NCBI GenBank assembly: GCA_963693365.1
Contig: CAVNZM010000005.1
Span: 3,182,202-3,246,201, forward strand
From: Amoebidium appalachense
Taxonomy: Eukaryota > Protista > Ichthyosporea
Length of the DNA stretch: 64,000 nt
Reading direction: 5' to 3'
Shown: positions 48,620-64,000 of the stretch, one piece after another
How the letters are laid out: every line of letters begins with the position of its first letter
How positions within the stretch are numbered: the first letter of the stretch is position 1
The notes under the pieces: generated by a model
What the model saw: the letters and a program-made list of their open reading frames with translations, nothing else
Told to the model about the DNA's origin: nothing
Database searches by the model: none
Program-made: the position numbers and the translations under genes

Positions 48620-50677
48620 TTCTTGAACACTTGTCAAAGTCTGTGTCGTCGAAAGACTAGAGTGCTCATGTGAATGTCGAATACACTGCCAAGGCACCTT
48701 TCAAACGGCTTCTATTGATGAGAAATTCTTAAAACGCGCCACCTATCGTGGTGTACATGTGTTTGTTACAGATGAGAATACCATGTTTACTGTAGTATTT
48801 GCAGTCAAGTACAGTGTGTTCGTTTACAGAATCACTTTTTGGCGAAGTTCTGTTGATCCTGGCATCATCTCTGGCATCATCCAGGAAGTTCATCCTGCAA
48901 TCACAATGATTGGCTTATACTACATCGCTAGTACGATATGATTGGTCTACGCAGCAGCGGTGCGCGCACCGGTACCGCACCTCGCATCATAACTGAACCT
49001 CGACGGGGTACTGAACCTCACTCTTTCAGTTCACTCCTTATTACTGGCAGCACACGACCACATGTACAGCAATATACAGCGTAGCTGTGTAGCTGAAGAT
49101 TGGCAAGAGAGTAGGAGGTATTTCGGGCACCGGAAAACGTATTTCACAACAAGTCTACAACTCTAGGCCTTAGGTACCATCAGTGAGTTTTGCTCAAGAT
49201 CTTTCCTACCCATTCCTTCAAGCAAGATTTTAAAAGCTAAATCTTTTCATATTATTTGTGTTGTTGAATTTTCTACCTGATGCAGCACAATAATTCACCA
49301 GGTCCTCCCATCCTCAGAATTTCCCGTGAAACCTGAAATTTCGGCTCTCTTTAGCGTGCTGTCGGCCTCCGCTCCCTCTATTGTAACCCAACCTCCACCC
49401 CCTCCACCCCCTCCTCCCCTCCCCACCCTCTCCCCTCCCACCGTCCTCCCCAACCATGCACCCTTTTTGCCCGCCTACACACCGCCACCACCACCACCAA
49501 GACCATCTATTTGTGTTTGTGCACCAGGATCTTTGCTGGTGGTCCATGTTACGGTACCTCACAGTCACGTTTCTGACGCGCTCACTACGACACCCATATG
49601 CGAACGAATGTTTTCCCAGTGGACTCACCCTAACTGCACGGATCTCTCCCTTCATTCTTCCCGTCCAGCTCCCCCTTCCCCCCCTTCCCCCCTCTCCTCC
49701 CTCCCTCTCCTTCCCCCCGCCCTCCCCCCTCTCTCCCCTTCCCCCCCCGCCCTCCCACAACGCTAGCACCACCACCCATCCATCCCCCCTCCCCTTTACC
49801 CCCTCAAACAAAGCATATATTGAGCAAGGGGAGGAGGGGAAAGGGCGGCGGGAGGAGGGGGGGGAGGGGGAGAGTGAGTGGAAGTCAACGATAGGCAGGC
49901 ATCGTGGTGGCCACTACATCAAAGACTCCGTTTTGGTTCGTCACCCCAGATGAGGGAAGGAGGGTGGGGATTGATGGGGAGAGGACCAAGGGAAAAGGGA
50001 ATGAGGGCGGAAGGAGGGGGTGCATGGAGAAGGGAGAAGAGGGGAGCCTGGAGGGATTCGAAGAAGTGGGGTCCCCTGGGGAAAGGGGGGGGGGGGGGGG
50101 GGGGGGGGGGGGATGGGTTTGAGGGGAAACGTGGGGTGGGGGAAGGGTAGGCCAAGATACGGCAAGATCTGAAAGGCCGATATGGGGCCATAAACCCAAG
50201 GCCAGAAGGTTGGAAGGTGCAGTCTGGATATCGCGGGGACTTTTGGTGTGTGTGTGGGGGGGGGGGGGGGGGGGGAGGGGGGGCAGGGGGGTGGGGGGGA
50301 GGTTCAGGACCATGCAGTTTGAGAAGGGAGTGGGGGCCAGGGGGGGGGGGGGGGGGGTTGTTCACACAAAAACACCCATACAACTTGCTGGCAGTGTCGA
50401 TTCTGCCCCCCCCCCCCAACCCCACCTCACCCCCAATTCCCCCCCCCCCCGGAGAGCCTTCCATCCGTATCCCCACCATGGTGTGTGTGGATACATCGGG
50501 AGGCAGAAAGGCAACGTGTGGGTAAGTTATTTTGATGCATTGTGTGTGTGCGCGTGTGCGTGCACATGACATTGTGTGTGTATGTGAGTGTGTGTATGGG
50601 TATGTACATGTGCAAGCGCCGTGTGCATTTGTGTGTGTGTGTGACTCGTGTGTGTGTGTGTCTGTGTGTATGTGTGC

Positions 50678-50745
<68 letters not shown>

Positions 50746-50972
50746 GGTGTCTTTGGGGGCCGAGGGCCGAATGATTGGTGGGCGAGGAACCCCCCCTCCC
50801 CCAGTAAATTAAAATAAAGAAATAAAATTTAAAATATCCTGCGGGGTAATCCAAAAATCCCCCGTTCCGATTAGTGGGGAAAGACATCCCCCCCAACCCC
50901 TTTCCGGCCCCGCCCTCCTCGTGACATAAATATATGAAATTTGGGTATTTCTGTGGGGTAATCCGAAGGTCC

Positions 50973-51027
<55 letters not shown>

Positions 51028-51925
51028 AAAAAAAAAAAAAAAAGGAAGAAGAAGAATAAGAAAAAGAAAAGAAAAAGAAAATCCACCACCTTTGAAACGT
51101 GGTAGCTACGTAGGGGTGTGTTTGCCCTTCTCGGCTTCATTCAGACGTGGGCCCCGTGCCTAGAAATTTTGTTGAAAAGTCTTCAGCCTTCTCAAGGAGT
51201 GAATCAGCAAAAACAACTCGCTAGCCTAGCTCACATATTATAACAGCTTGCCAAGCCAATATAAAAACAGAAGACTTTTTATTTCTATCAGACCCAGGCT
51301 GATCTGGAAAAAAAAAAGTCATAAGATATCAAGACAATGATGGGAAACTCGCTGGACAGTGTGCACGTGTGTCCTATGTGTAAGAGGTGTGTGTCTGTCT
51401 GCATGCATGCGCAGATGTGAGAAAAGAGAAGTTGTGGTGTGTATGGTTATCACGTTCTCTAAGTATCATTAACATATGTCAGACTGTTGGTGACATTTGT
51501 GGTCCTTTATAGAAGTATTCTTACAGTATCTGGTGCCGTCTAGGGAAATGTAGCACACAGTGAAATATCATTTAAATATTACTATCAAGAATTACCATTA
51601 TCATAACCCTTTAGCTATTTGAGTATTTGACTTCCTTCTAAAGATATCACAGGTCGAAGGGGAACATATCTGTTCATTGACTATTTACAGTTTCGAAACA
51701 TATTATGTGCCACATTCAGGCTCTCGGCCTATTTTATTATAAAAAATAAAAAATAAAAATATAAAAATATAAAAAAAGGAAAAGAAAAGGAAAGGAAAGG
51801 AAAAGAAAAAAAAGAGGCAAAGCTACTTGTATTAATACTTGTCCAAACTGGAAAGTCAAAGTTAATAAGAGCCCTCCCTCCCCCCCCCCCCCCCCCCCCC
51901 CCCCCCGGCTGCTCCACGCATATCT

Positions 51926-53899
51926 TCACTGTGTGGCTGTGTGTGCCATCTGCTTCAGTGCCTCATCCGAGGCGCTCTTAACCGCTTTCCCACTCGGCAC
52001 GGAGCTGTCACCGACCGTAGTTTCAGCCGGAGAAGTCTGTGTGAAATACGACGACATGTTTTTGAAAGACGACGTCCTCCATCCTCCCCACCCCTCCGAC
52101 TCTTTCGACTCTCCTTTCTTTCCCGTGTGCTCGTGTATTACGGTCACGACACCCATGCGTGCCCGGATTCTAGCATAACGCTCCCTCAATTGGTCCGCCG
52201 ATGTTTCATCCTCCTGATGTTCCGCTCCGGCGATGACAGACTTGCTCAATCTGCAGTCGGTTTCCTGCAATATCGCTTTGAGGAGAAAATCCATGACGTG
52301 GTCGTCAGCAACCGAAAACGAAAACCACAACTTGGTCAAATCCTCTGCCCTGGTGTTGGCGAAAAACGTCTTTCCCGCCCCTACCATCTTCCACCACGCG
52401 GGCTCTTCTCCATTCTCGTCCGGTTTTATGTAAGCCTCTTTCGCTTTGTCTGACTGAATTTGAATGATGTTGCCGGCGCAGAACAACTGAGGCGTTTTGG
52501 GGGTGGGGGCACCCTGCGTGGCCGCAGGTGCAGACGCAACCGGTTCCAACGTATTTCCGTGCTCCTGTTCCAGAGTGGGTGTAGTGGGCATAGTTGGTGT
52601 TGTGGGTGACGTGGGTGTTGGTGTGGATGTGTAGCCAAAAAAGCGGAGAATCGAAGTCTCCTGTCGCAATTCGTCGAAGAGAGCATCGATGCTCTGGATG
52701 GATAGGCGCGGGACGGGGTCACGCTGGTATACAAACGTGTTAACAAAGTCACACCGCGAGGCGATGTTTTGAGAGACCACGGCCGCACTACAGAAACCAT
52801 AGCAAATTGCGTTTTCGAAAGGTTCGCCTATTTGACGCAAGTGGATGGTGATGAGGGTGGCCACGGCCCCACCTAGACTGTGCCCGGTAACGACGAGTTT
52901 ATACGTCGGGTGCTGTTTCAGTGCCGCCTCCACATAGGGAAGAATGGCCTGTGTGATTGCAGCAGACGCCAGGAGGAACCCACCGTGTGCTTGCCCGTCC
53001 ATAAACCTCTCTGGCTGTACCTTGATATCTGTGATCACGTCGTTATCGCTCACCGTGCCGCGCACCGCAACCACCACCCAACCCATTTCATGGTCGATAG
53101 CGACAAAATGACACGGGGCCACCCAACACACGTACACGATGTTTTCCCGGCGAAGCCCAGTTAGCTTGAGCAGAGAGTCCGTGTTTGTTTTGTCATCTAT
53201 CCCCGTCCGCCTGTCGAAACCGAACTTTCCGTACGTGTTGAGGCCCATAACTCCCGCGGAGGTACTCAGCCAACCGTCTTCCATAAGTCTCCCGTATGAG
53301 GCACGAGCGTAGTTGGCCGCCACGGCTGCTTCCACAAGGAAATCCGTCTCCAAATTTACCGGTTTTAGTTTGTTCAAGTACTCGACGTAGAGTGGTTGAT
53401 GGGCTCTGCGTACACGTATCGCAGCGGGCAGACCGATCAACATGTCGTGTGCGCCTAGCGAACTTTGACCCAGTGCGTTCCAGAACACCATGCTGGAAGA
53501 CTCTCCTTCGGTGTACCCACTATGGATGGACGAGGCCGTGACGCTTGTTTTCAGCGAAGTAACGTCCGCCATGAGCCCATTCGTTATCAAATCCTTCTCT
53601 TTACCCTGTGCAGCTATCACCCATTTCCTTCTTCGAACCCAATCTGTAGAGCGTTCAGTGGCGCGGCCCAACCCTCTCTGCTTTGTCACAGTGGGGAAGT
53701 CAAAGGCATAGTGCCAGCCATTTTGGTCTGTTGTTTCATCCACAACTACACGCCAGTTTGGCTCGGAAGGATCGACCTCAGCAGGAAAATTATTTTCGGT
53801 GGAGAAGCGTGGAGGGTCTAAGGGCCATGTTTTGGGGTTGCTTGCATGCCAGCCTAACCCAACATACTTGCGTTGGTTTTCGTACACAAAGGTGCTCAT
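51926..53899 (-). CDS. Class 3 (DAG-lipase-like) lipase with N-terminal DysF (dysferlin/Pex24-type) domain, intronless, ~657 aa
   Basis: First ATG at 53899. DysF hallmarks YENQR..GW, D.NGW.YA.DF, DWVRRRKW. Lipase_3 motifs VVAVRGT, AHGGF, VVTGHSLGGAVA (catalytic Ser), DPVPRL (Asp), DDHVM (His). Confidence 0.92.
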   Translation of the reverse strand: MSTFVYENQRKYVGLGWHASNPKTWPLDPPRFSTENNFPAEVDPSEPNWRVVVDETTDQNGWHYAFDFPTVTKQRGLGRATERSTDWVRRRKWVIAAQGKEKDLITNGLMADVTSLKTSVTASSIHSGYTEGESSSMVFWNALGQSSLGAHDMLIGLPAAIRVRRAHQPLYVEYLNKLKPVNLETDFLVEAAVAANYARASYGRLMEDGWLSTSAGVMGLNTYGKFGFDRRTGIDDKTNTDSLLKLTGLRRENIVYVCWVAPCHFVAIDHEMGWVVVAVRGTVSDNDVITDIKVQPERFMDGQAHGGFLLASAAITQAILPYVEAALKQHPTYKLVVTGHSLGGAVATLITIHLRQIGEPFENAICYGFCSAAVVSQNIASRCDFVNTFVYQRDPVPRLSIQSIDALFDELRQETSILRFFGYTSTPTPTSPTTPTMPTTPTLEQEHGNTLEPVASAPAATQGAPTPKTPQLFCAGNIIQIQSDKAKEAYIKPDENGEEPAWWKMVGAGKTFFANTRAEDLTKLWFSFSVADDHVMDFLLKAILQETDCRLSKSVIAGAEHQEDETSADQLRERYARIRARMGVVTVIHEHTGKKGESKESEGWGGWRTSSFKNMSSYFTQTSPAETTVGDSSVPSGKAVKSASDEALKQMAHTATQ

Positions 53900-54130
53900 T
53901 GTGAATTCAAATGGTGCCAAACACGAATATAGGAAAAGACTAAAGTTAACAAAAATCCAGCAGAGTCAACTATTCTTATCTTGAGCATGTGCAAGTGTAT
54001 GTCACGGCTTGGCGGAGCTTCGTTGCAGACAGTTGCAGACAGCTGAGCTCAAGAGAGTCGGCTCGGAATGTGTCGAGCCAACTTTTTTTCGTCAGCGTTG
54101 TCACTCAAAATCCCAAAGCATTATAATCTA

Positions 54131-54190
54131 CCAATCATCTCCCGGCCAAATGACGTCATGGTGCGATATAGGCCAATCATAGCAACAGGA
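54131..54190. promoter_or_regulatory. Promoter module upstream of the lipase: two CCAATCAT boxes around a CRE palindrome
   Basis: CCAATCAT at 54131 and 54173, TGACGTCA at 54151-54158, about 230-290 bp upstream of the minus-strand ATG. Confidence 0.5.
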
Positions 54191-54767
54191 ATGTTCCCAT
54201 TTGACACCGTCTGTAACGGGCCGAGCCTGAGGTGGTCATGAAAGAACACAACAAGTCCCTTTGCCCTTGCAATCGTCAGCGACACGTACAGTTAATGCCA
54301 CCCCACGTAGGCACTTTCTATGGGATGTTGTTATATATAAGTAAGGATAAACAAGATACAACCGTTTTGGCCGCGCCGTGCCGCATGGCTTTTTGTCTGT
54401 ACTCGCACTCAAAGTGGACCTAAAGGTGACAAACATATGCTCACTACTCTCTGTTGGCGCATCTGCACAGGGCCACAAGTTATCAACAAGGGGATTATTC
54501 AAGATGTTTTCTGTTTTTGGTAGTAGGTTTTCATCTACTTACGGCTTCCATGGGCTAGGGAAAAAAGGGTACCCACAGTGTTCTCATGCTTGCTGCTACC
54601 GTGTCTACGAGTTGCAGCCCGTGCTTATCACACACGTACATTTGGCGGGGTGAGTCTCGTATAAGCATTTCTCCCTCTATTTTTCTCCGAGGGTCTTTCT
54701 CTCTCCTCCACCGCCACCCCACCCCCCCCCCACCCCTCCCTCCCTCCCTCCCTTCCACTCTGTCTCT

Positions 54768-54924
<157 letters not shown>

Positions 54925-55120
54925 CTATCCCTCTCTCCGCGCCTCTCCCCCTCTCCCCCTCTTCTCTCTGCCCCCCCCCCCCCCCTCCCTCTCCCCTCTC
55001 TCCCTCTCCCCCCCCCCCCCTCCCTCTCTCTCTTCCCCCCCTCTCTCCCTCTCTGTTTCTCTCTCACACTCTCTCCATCTCTCTCTTTGTGTGTGTGTCT
55101 TTCTTTCTCACTCCCTCTCA

Positions 55121-55240
<120 letters not shown>

Positions 55241-55562
55241 CCTCGCTCGCCCGTCTATCCGCGCTGACACAGTCAGACCTGCAGCATGAGGCATGTGTAG
55301 GAAGCACTCAGGAACGCATTCATGTAGGAGCACACAACTTGTTGCGACTACGCAATGCATAGGCTCACACGGTTTTTTGCGCGACAACTCGGCACTAACC
55401 ATTCGCCCTGCCAAATACTTCGTGTGTTAGCGAGGTAGTGCGCTGCCGCCGAGCTAGGCCTGGCTGGAAGTTCGCTCATTCTCTCGCACACAATTTCTCA
55501 GTGGATCCCCACAAAAGCCTTCCAAGCGAAGCGATGGTAGCTACACGGTGCAAGGCGGCAAC

Positions 55563-55910
55563 CCAATCAGATGCGCGCAGCTCACCTGCGCGCGAATTCC
55601 ATATCTCATGTTGACCAATCATCATTCGAGGTTTAAAAGAGCAAGATGATTGGATACTCAATTAGTCTCGTGCCAGTTATGGTTAGACTCTCAGAGTTGA
55701 TGCCCCTGACTTAGCAATATATAAATGCTATAAATGCACATGCATTACAGAGCATTTTGAAATGGAAAATGTCACATAAATGTTGATTGGGTATTTTTGT
55801 TATGTTTACATTTTAATATTTAATAAACGGCTGGCATTTCGTAACCCACAATGAACACATTTACCCCTCTCCACCAATTAGTCGCGATCTTCATCTGCGA
55901 CAGTATATAA
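55563..55910 (+). promoter_or_regulatory. Acyl-CoA synthetase promoter: clustered CCAAT boxes and TATA box
   Basis: CCAATCA at ~55563 and ~55615, ATTGG at ~55649, CCAAT at ~55874, TATATAA at 55904-55910, about 70 bp before ATG 55976. Confidence 0.5.
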
Positions 55911-55975
55911 AGCGAGTCAATTTTGGGGTTCTGGCCTCAGTCAGATCAGTTCGTTTTTTGCACACCACACCGAAA

Positions 55976-60516
<4,541 letters not shown>

Positions 60517-60571
60517 CCTTTATAATTTTAGTGGTTCGTAATCTAGCGAATTTAAGTCACTCTTAATTTAG

Positions 60572-60927
60572 CGGATCTTTAAGTGCGAGGTATATTTGCA
60601 TAATCAGGAGCGATCTTTAGAAATCTAGTTCTTGAAGCGCGTAGAGTGATTGTTTATGTTGTTTTTCGTTCTATGTTAGGATTTTAAAGTTATTAGTGAT
60701 GGCTCGGTAGTTTCTATCTCCCTCCACAAAAGGGAAAAAAAGTACGGAAAACCGGATCTTTAAGTGCGAGATATATTTGCATATTCAGGAGCGATCTTTA
60801 ACATCTAGTGGTTCTTGAAGCGCGCAGAGTGATTGTTAATCTTGTTTTTCGCTTTATTTTAGGATTTTAAAGTTATTAGTGATGTCTCGGTAGTTTTTAT
60901 CTCCCTCCACAAAAGGGAAAAAAGTAC
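60572..60927 (+). repeat. Tandem ~180-bp duplication immediately 3' of the ACSL stop
   Basis: Copies at ~60572-60745 and ~60753-60927, both CGGATCTTTAAGTGCGAG...TATCTCCCTCCACAAAAGGGAAAAAA(A)GTAC with scattered substitutions. Confidence 0.9.
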
Positions 60928-61062
60928 AAAAATTTTAAAGAAAATGTAGAGAAAATGTAGAACATGAAACTTAGTTTGACACACATGAGCAAATAACCGG
61001 TCTGGGATCGGTTAAATAAAAAAGGGACCATTAAGGCTGTTCTTGTCTGTGCGTGTGCTTGT

Positions 61063-61860
<798 letters not shown>

Positions 61861-62069
61861 GCGCGTCACACGCAGATCCACCCAACCATGCCAACACTGG
61901 CTACTATTATACACCACCGTAGCAAGTAGGCACGTACACACCAACATACTCCTAGGTGGTAGCAAGGCACCGCCATCATCACCCAAGCCACACCCATATG
62001 CATACCCATCATAGGCACCACTAAATTTCTGGCAAGAACTTTGGCCACATTAGATGCGCCCACAAAACG

Positions 62070-62357
62070 TGCCGGATCGTCACGGTTCAACCAACGAGAA
62101 TCCGGCTTTAAATTATAATCGTAGGTTTTGGTTGGAAGGGAGGCCTGGTGCTCCCCACTAGCGAGGCTGGGGCAAACCCTTCGGCTAAATGTGTACTAGT
62201 AGTTAGGATTGATAAACGTGTGTGAGCTTAGCTGAATCCACCATTAGCACCTTAGCTGGGGTTCAGTCGGTGCTTGGTGGAAGACGGTAGTTCCCATGAG
62301 GGACCCCTAAGAGCCCCCCCGGGAACAAAACGGGATAAAATTAAACTTTAAAAAAAT
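62070..62357 (+). mobile_element. Second long copy of the SINE-like family
   Basis: Shares CCCACTAG.G..GCTG.GGC, GG.GGAAGACGGTA, GGGA...AAACGGGATAAA and an A-rich tail with 31881-32144. Confidence 0.6.
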
Positions 62358-62959
62358 ATCTATGGTCATATATATGCATGTTAGTCTGAGAGTGAAGAGC
62401 ACAGAATGCCATGAGGTGGCACCGGCGGAAAGGCATGTATACATGTAGATTGGTCATTTTGGGGGGGGGGGGGGGGGGGGGGGGATGGGGGATGGGGGGG
62501 AGGGGAAGTTAAGAAGCACTAACTAATGCTCATGCTAGTAGCAGCGCACATCTACTATCTCGCAAGTGTATAACACCTAAATACATATTACCTTCCTGTA
62601 GAACTGGTCTTTCTCTAGCTGATGGTATTATTGATCAATTACCACGCTTTTACTGTACACGTGCTATACAGTGGAGATCTAATAAGTATAAGGTGGCATC
62701 ATTTGCATGCCCAAACAACACACACACACACCAGTTTAACCGGTCATGTATCGCCAAATGTAGTTTGATAGACCACATAATACCGCAACACACACACGTC
62801 ACATTCACAACAGACACCCAGAAAGATAGCCTACCTGTAAATTACAACATCCTTGATTTTATACTAAACACGCGTAACTACGACCTGTTTATTAGATGTA
62901 TTGATTGGCTTGAGAAACACATCACTACAAAATTATAGCGCACGCGCACACACACACAC

Positions 62960-63008
<49 letters not shown>

Positions 63009-63041
63009 CCAGCTGATACCGAGTGTCCCGAGGGGAGCCCC

Positions 63042-63080
<39 letters not shown>

Positions 63081-63460
63081 GGGGAACCCCAACTAATTGA
63101 TTTCTCCTTGTAGTCTTTATGGTGTCTCGTAGAGAAAGTAAACCCTGATATATAGTCACCACCCGACATCTATGTACGTGATCATGATATACCGCTGAGG
63201 GGATATTCCGAGCAAAACCCCCCCCCCCATACCTGAGACTGGTTCTCTTTGCCTCGAGTAAACAGCGTAAACCCCCCCACATCTACTAGGGGTCAAATCG
63301 GAGGGGAAAGGGGTGTGTGTGCGTGTGTTGGGGGGAGGGGAAGGGGGGGAGGGGGGGGGGAAACAAAATATCGAAATCCCTCTGGAGGAGGGGTGAGGGG
63401 GTAGGTGGGTGGGGGGGGGGGGGGGGGAGGGGGGGGGGGGGGGGGGGGGGAGGGGGGGGG

Positions 63461-64000
63461 GGGACGGAGCACACCGGCATTCTAGGGGGAGTTGGTGGCT
63501 CGGAATCCCCTGCCCCCCGCCCCCTTACTGGTTAGCCATAGTAGGAGTGGGTAGGCCAACTCCCCCCCCCCCCCCCCCCCCCCCCCCCCCTTCCCCCCTG
63601 CAGGGAGGCAGTGACCCAGTGTCCCCTTATGATGCCTGGGCAAATTGGGTGGTGGTCTACCCCTTCCCCACCTCCCCCCCCCCCCCCCCCCTTCCCCCCC
63701 CCGGCCCCGACCGACTCCCTCCTGCACACCTAGGGCATTCCCTGTGGGTGGGGGGAGGGGCGGGGGGGGGAGGGGGGGGGGGGGGGGGACGGAGGACACC
63801 GGCATTCTGGGGGGAGTTGGTGGCTCGGAATCCCCTGCCCCCCGCCCCCTTACCGGTTAGCCATAGTAGGAGTGGGTAGGCCAACTTCCCCCCCCCCCCC
63901 CCCCTTCCCCCCTGCAGGGAGGCAGTGACCCAGTGTCCCCTTATGATGCCAGGGCAAATTGGGTGGTTGTCTACCCCCTTCCCCCCCCCCCCCCTTCCCC
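63461..64000 (+). repeat. ~325-bp tandem repeat, second copy truncated by the window end
   Basis: GGACGGAG.ACACCGGCATTCT.GGGGGAGTTGGTGGCTCGGAATCCCCTG...GGGCAAATTGGGTGGT.GTCTACCCC at ~63462 and ~63787; the unique parts are nearly identical while homopolymer lengths differ. Confidence 0.9.

Overview
Eukaryotic nuclear DNA, probably from a unicellular opisthokont or other protist (taxon not determinable from this window). Introns and intergenic DNA are saturated with (CA)n/(TG)n, (CT)n/(GA)n and long C/G/A/T homopolymers, so nearly all ORFs in the supplied track are microsatellite artefacts. Manual splicing gives eight credible genes: a variant GATA factor (-), a 15-exon EF-hand/CorA Mg2+ channel (+), two single-pass membrane proteins (+), a ZIP metal transporter (-), the minor-spliceosome protein SNRNP25 (-, 5 exons), a DysF-domain/class 3 lipase fusion (-) and a 6-exon long-chain acyl-CoA synthetase (+). 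Most notable: (1) about half of the introns use a pure (CA)n tract, and two a poly-C tract, running into the acceptor AG instead of a U-rich polypyrimidine tract; (2) a 33-bp tandem array in the CorA gene in which each unit is an 18-nt exon copy plus a 15-nt GT..AG segment; (3) an in-frame TGA-C followed by a phase-matched intron and a 155-codon open extension, a readthrough candidate; (4) unusual domain fusions; (5) a foldback element, a SINE-like family and a sense-biased intronic repeat family. All gene models were built by eye without transcript data.
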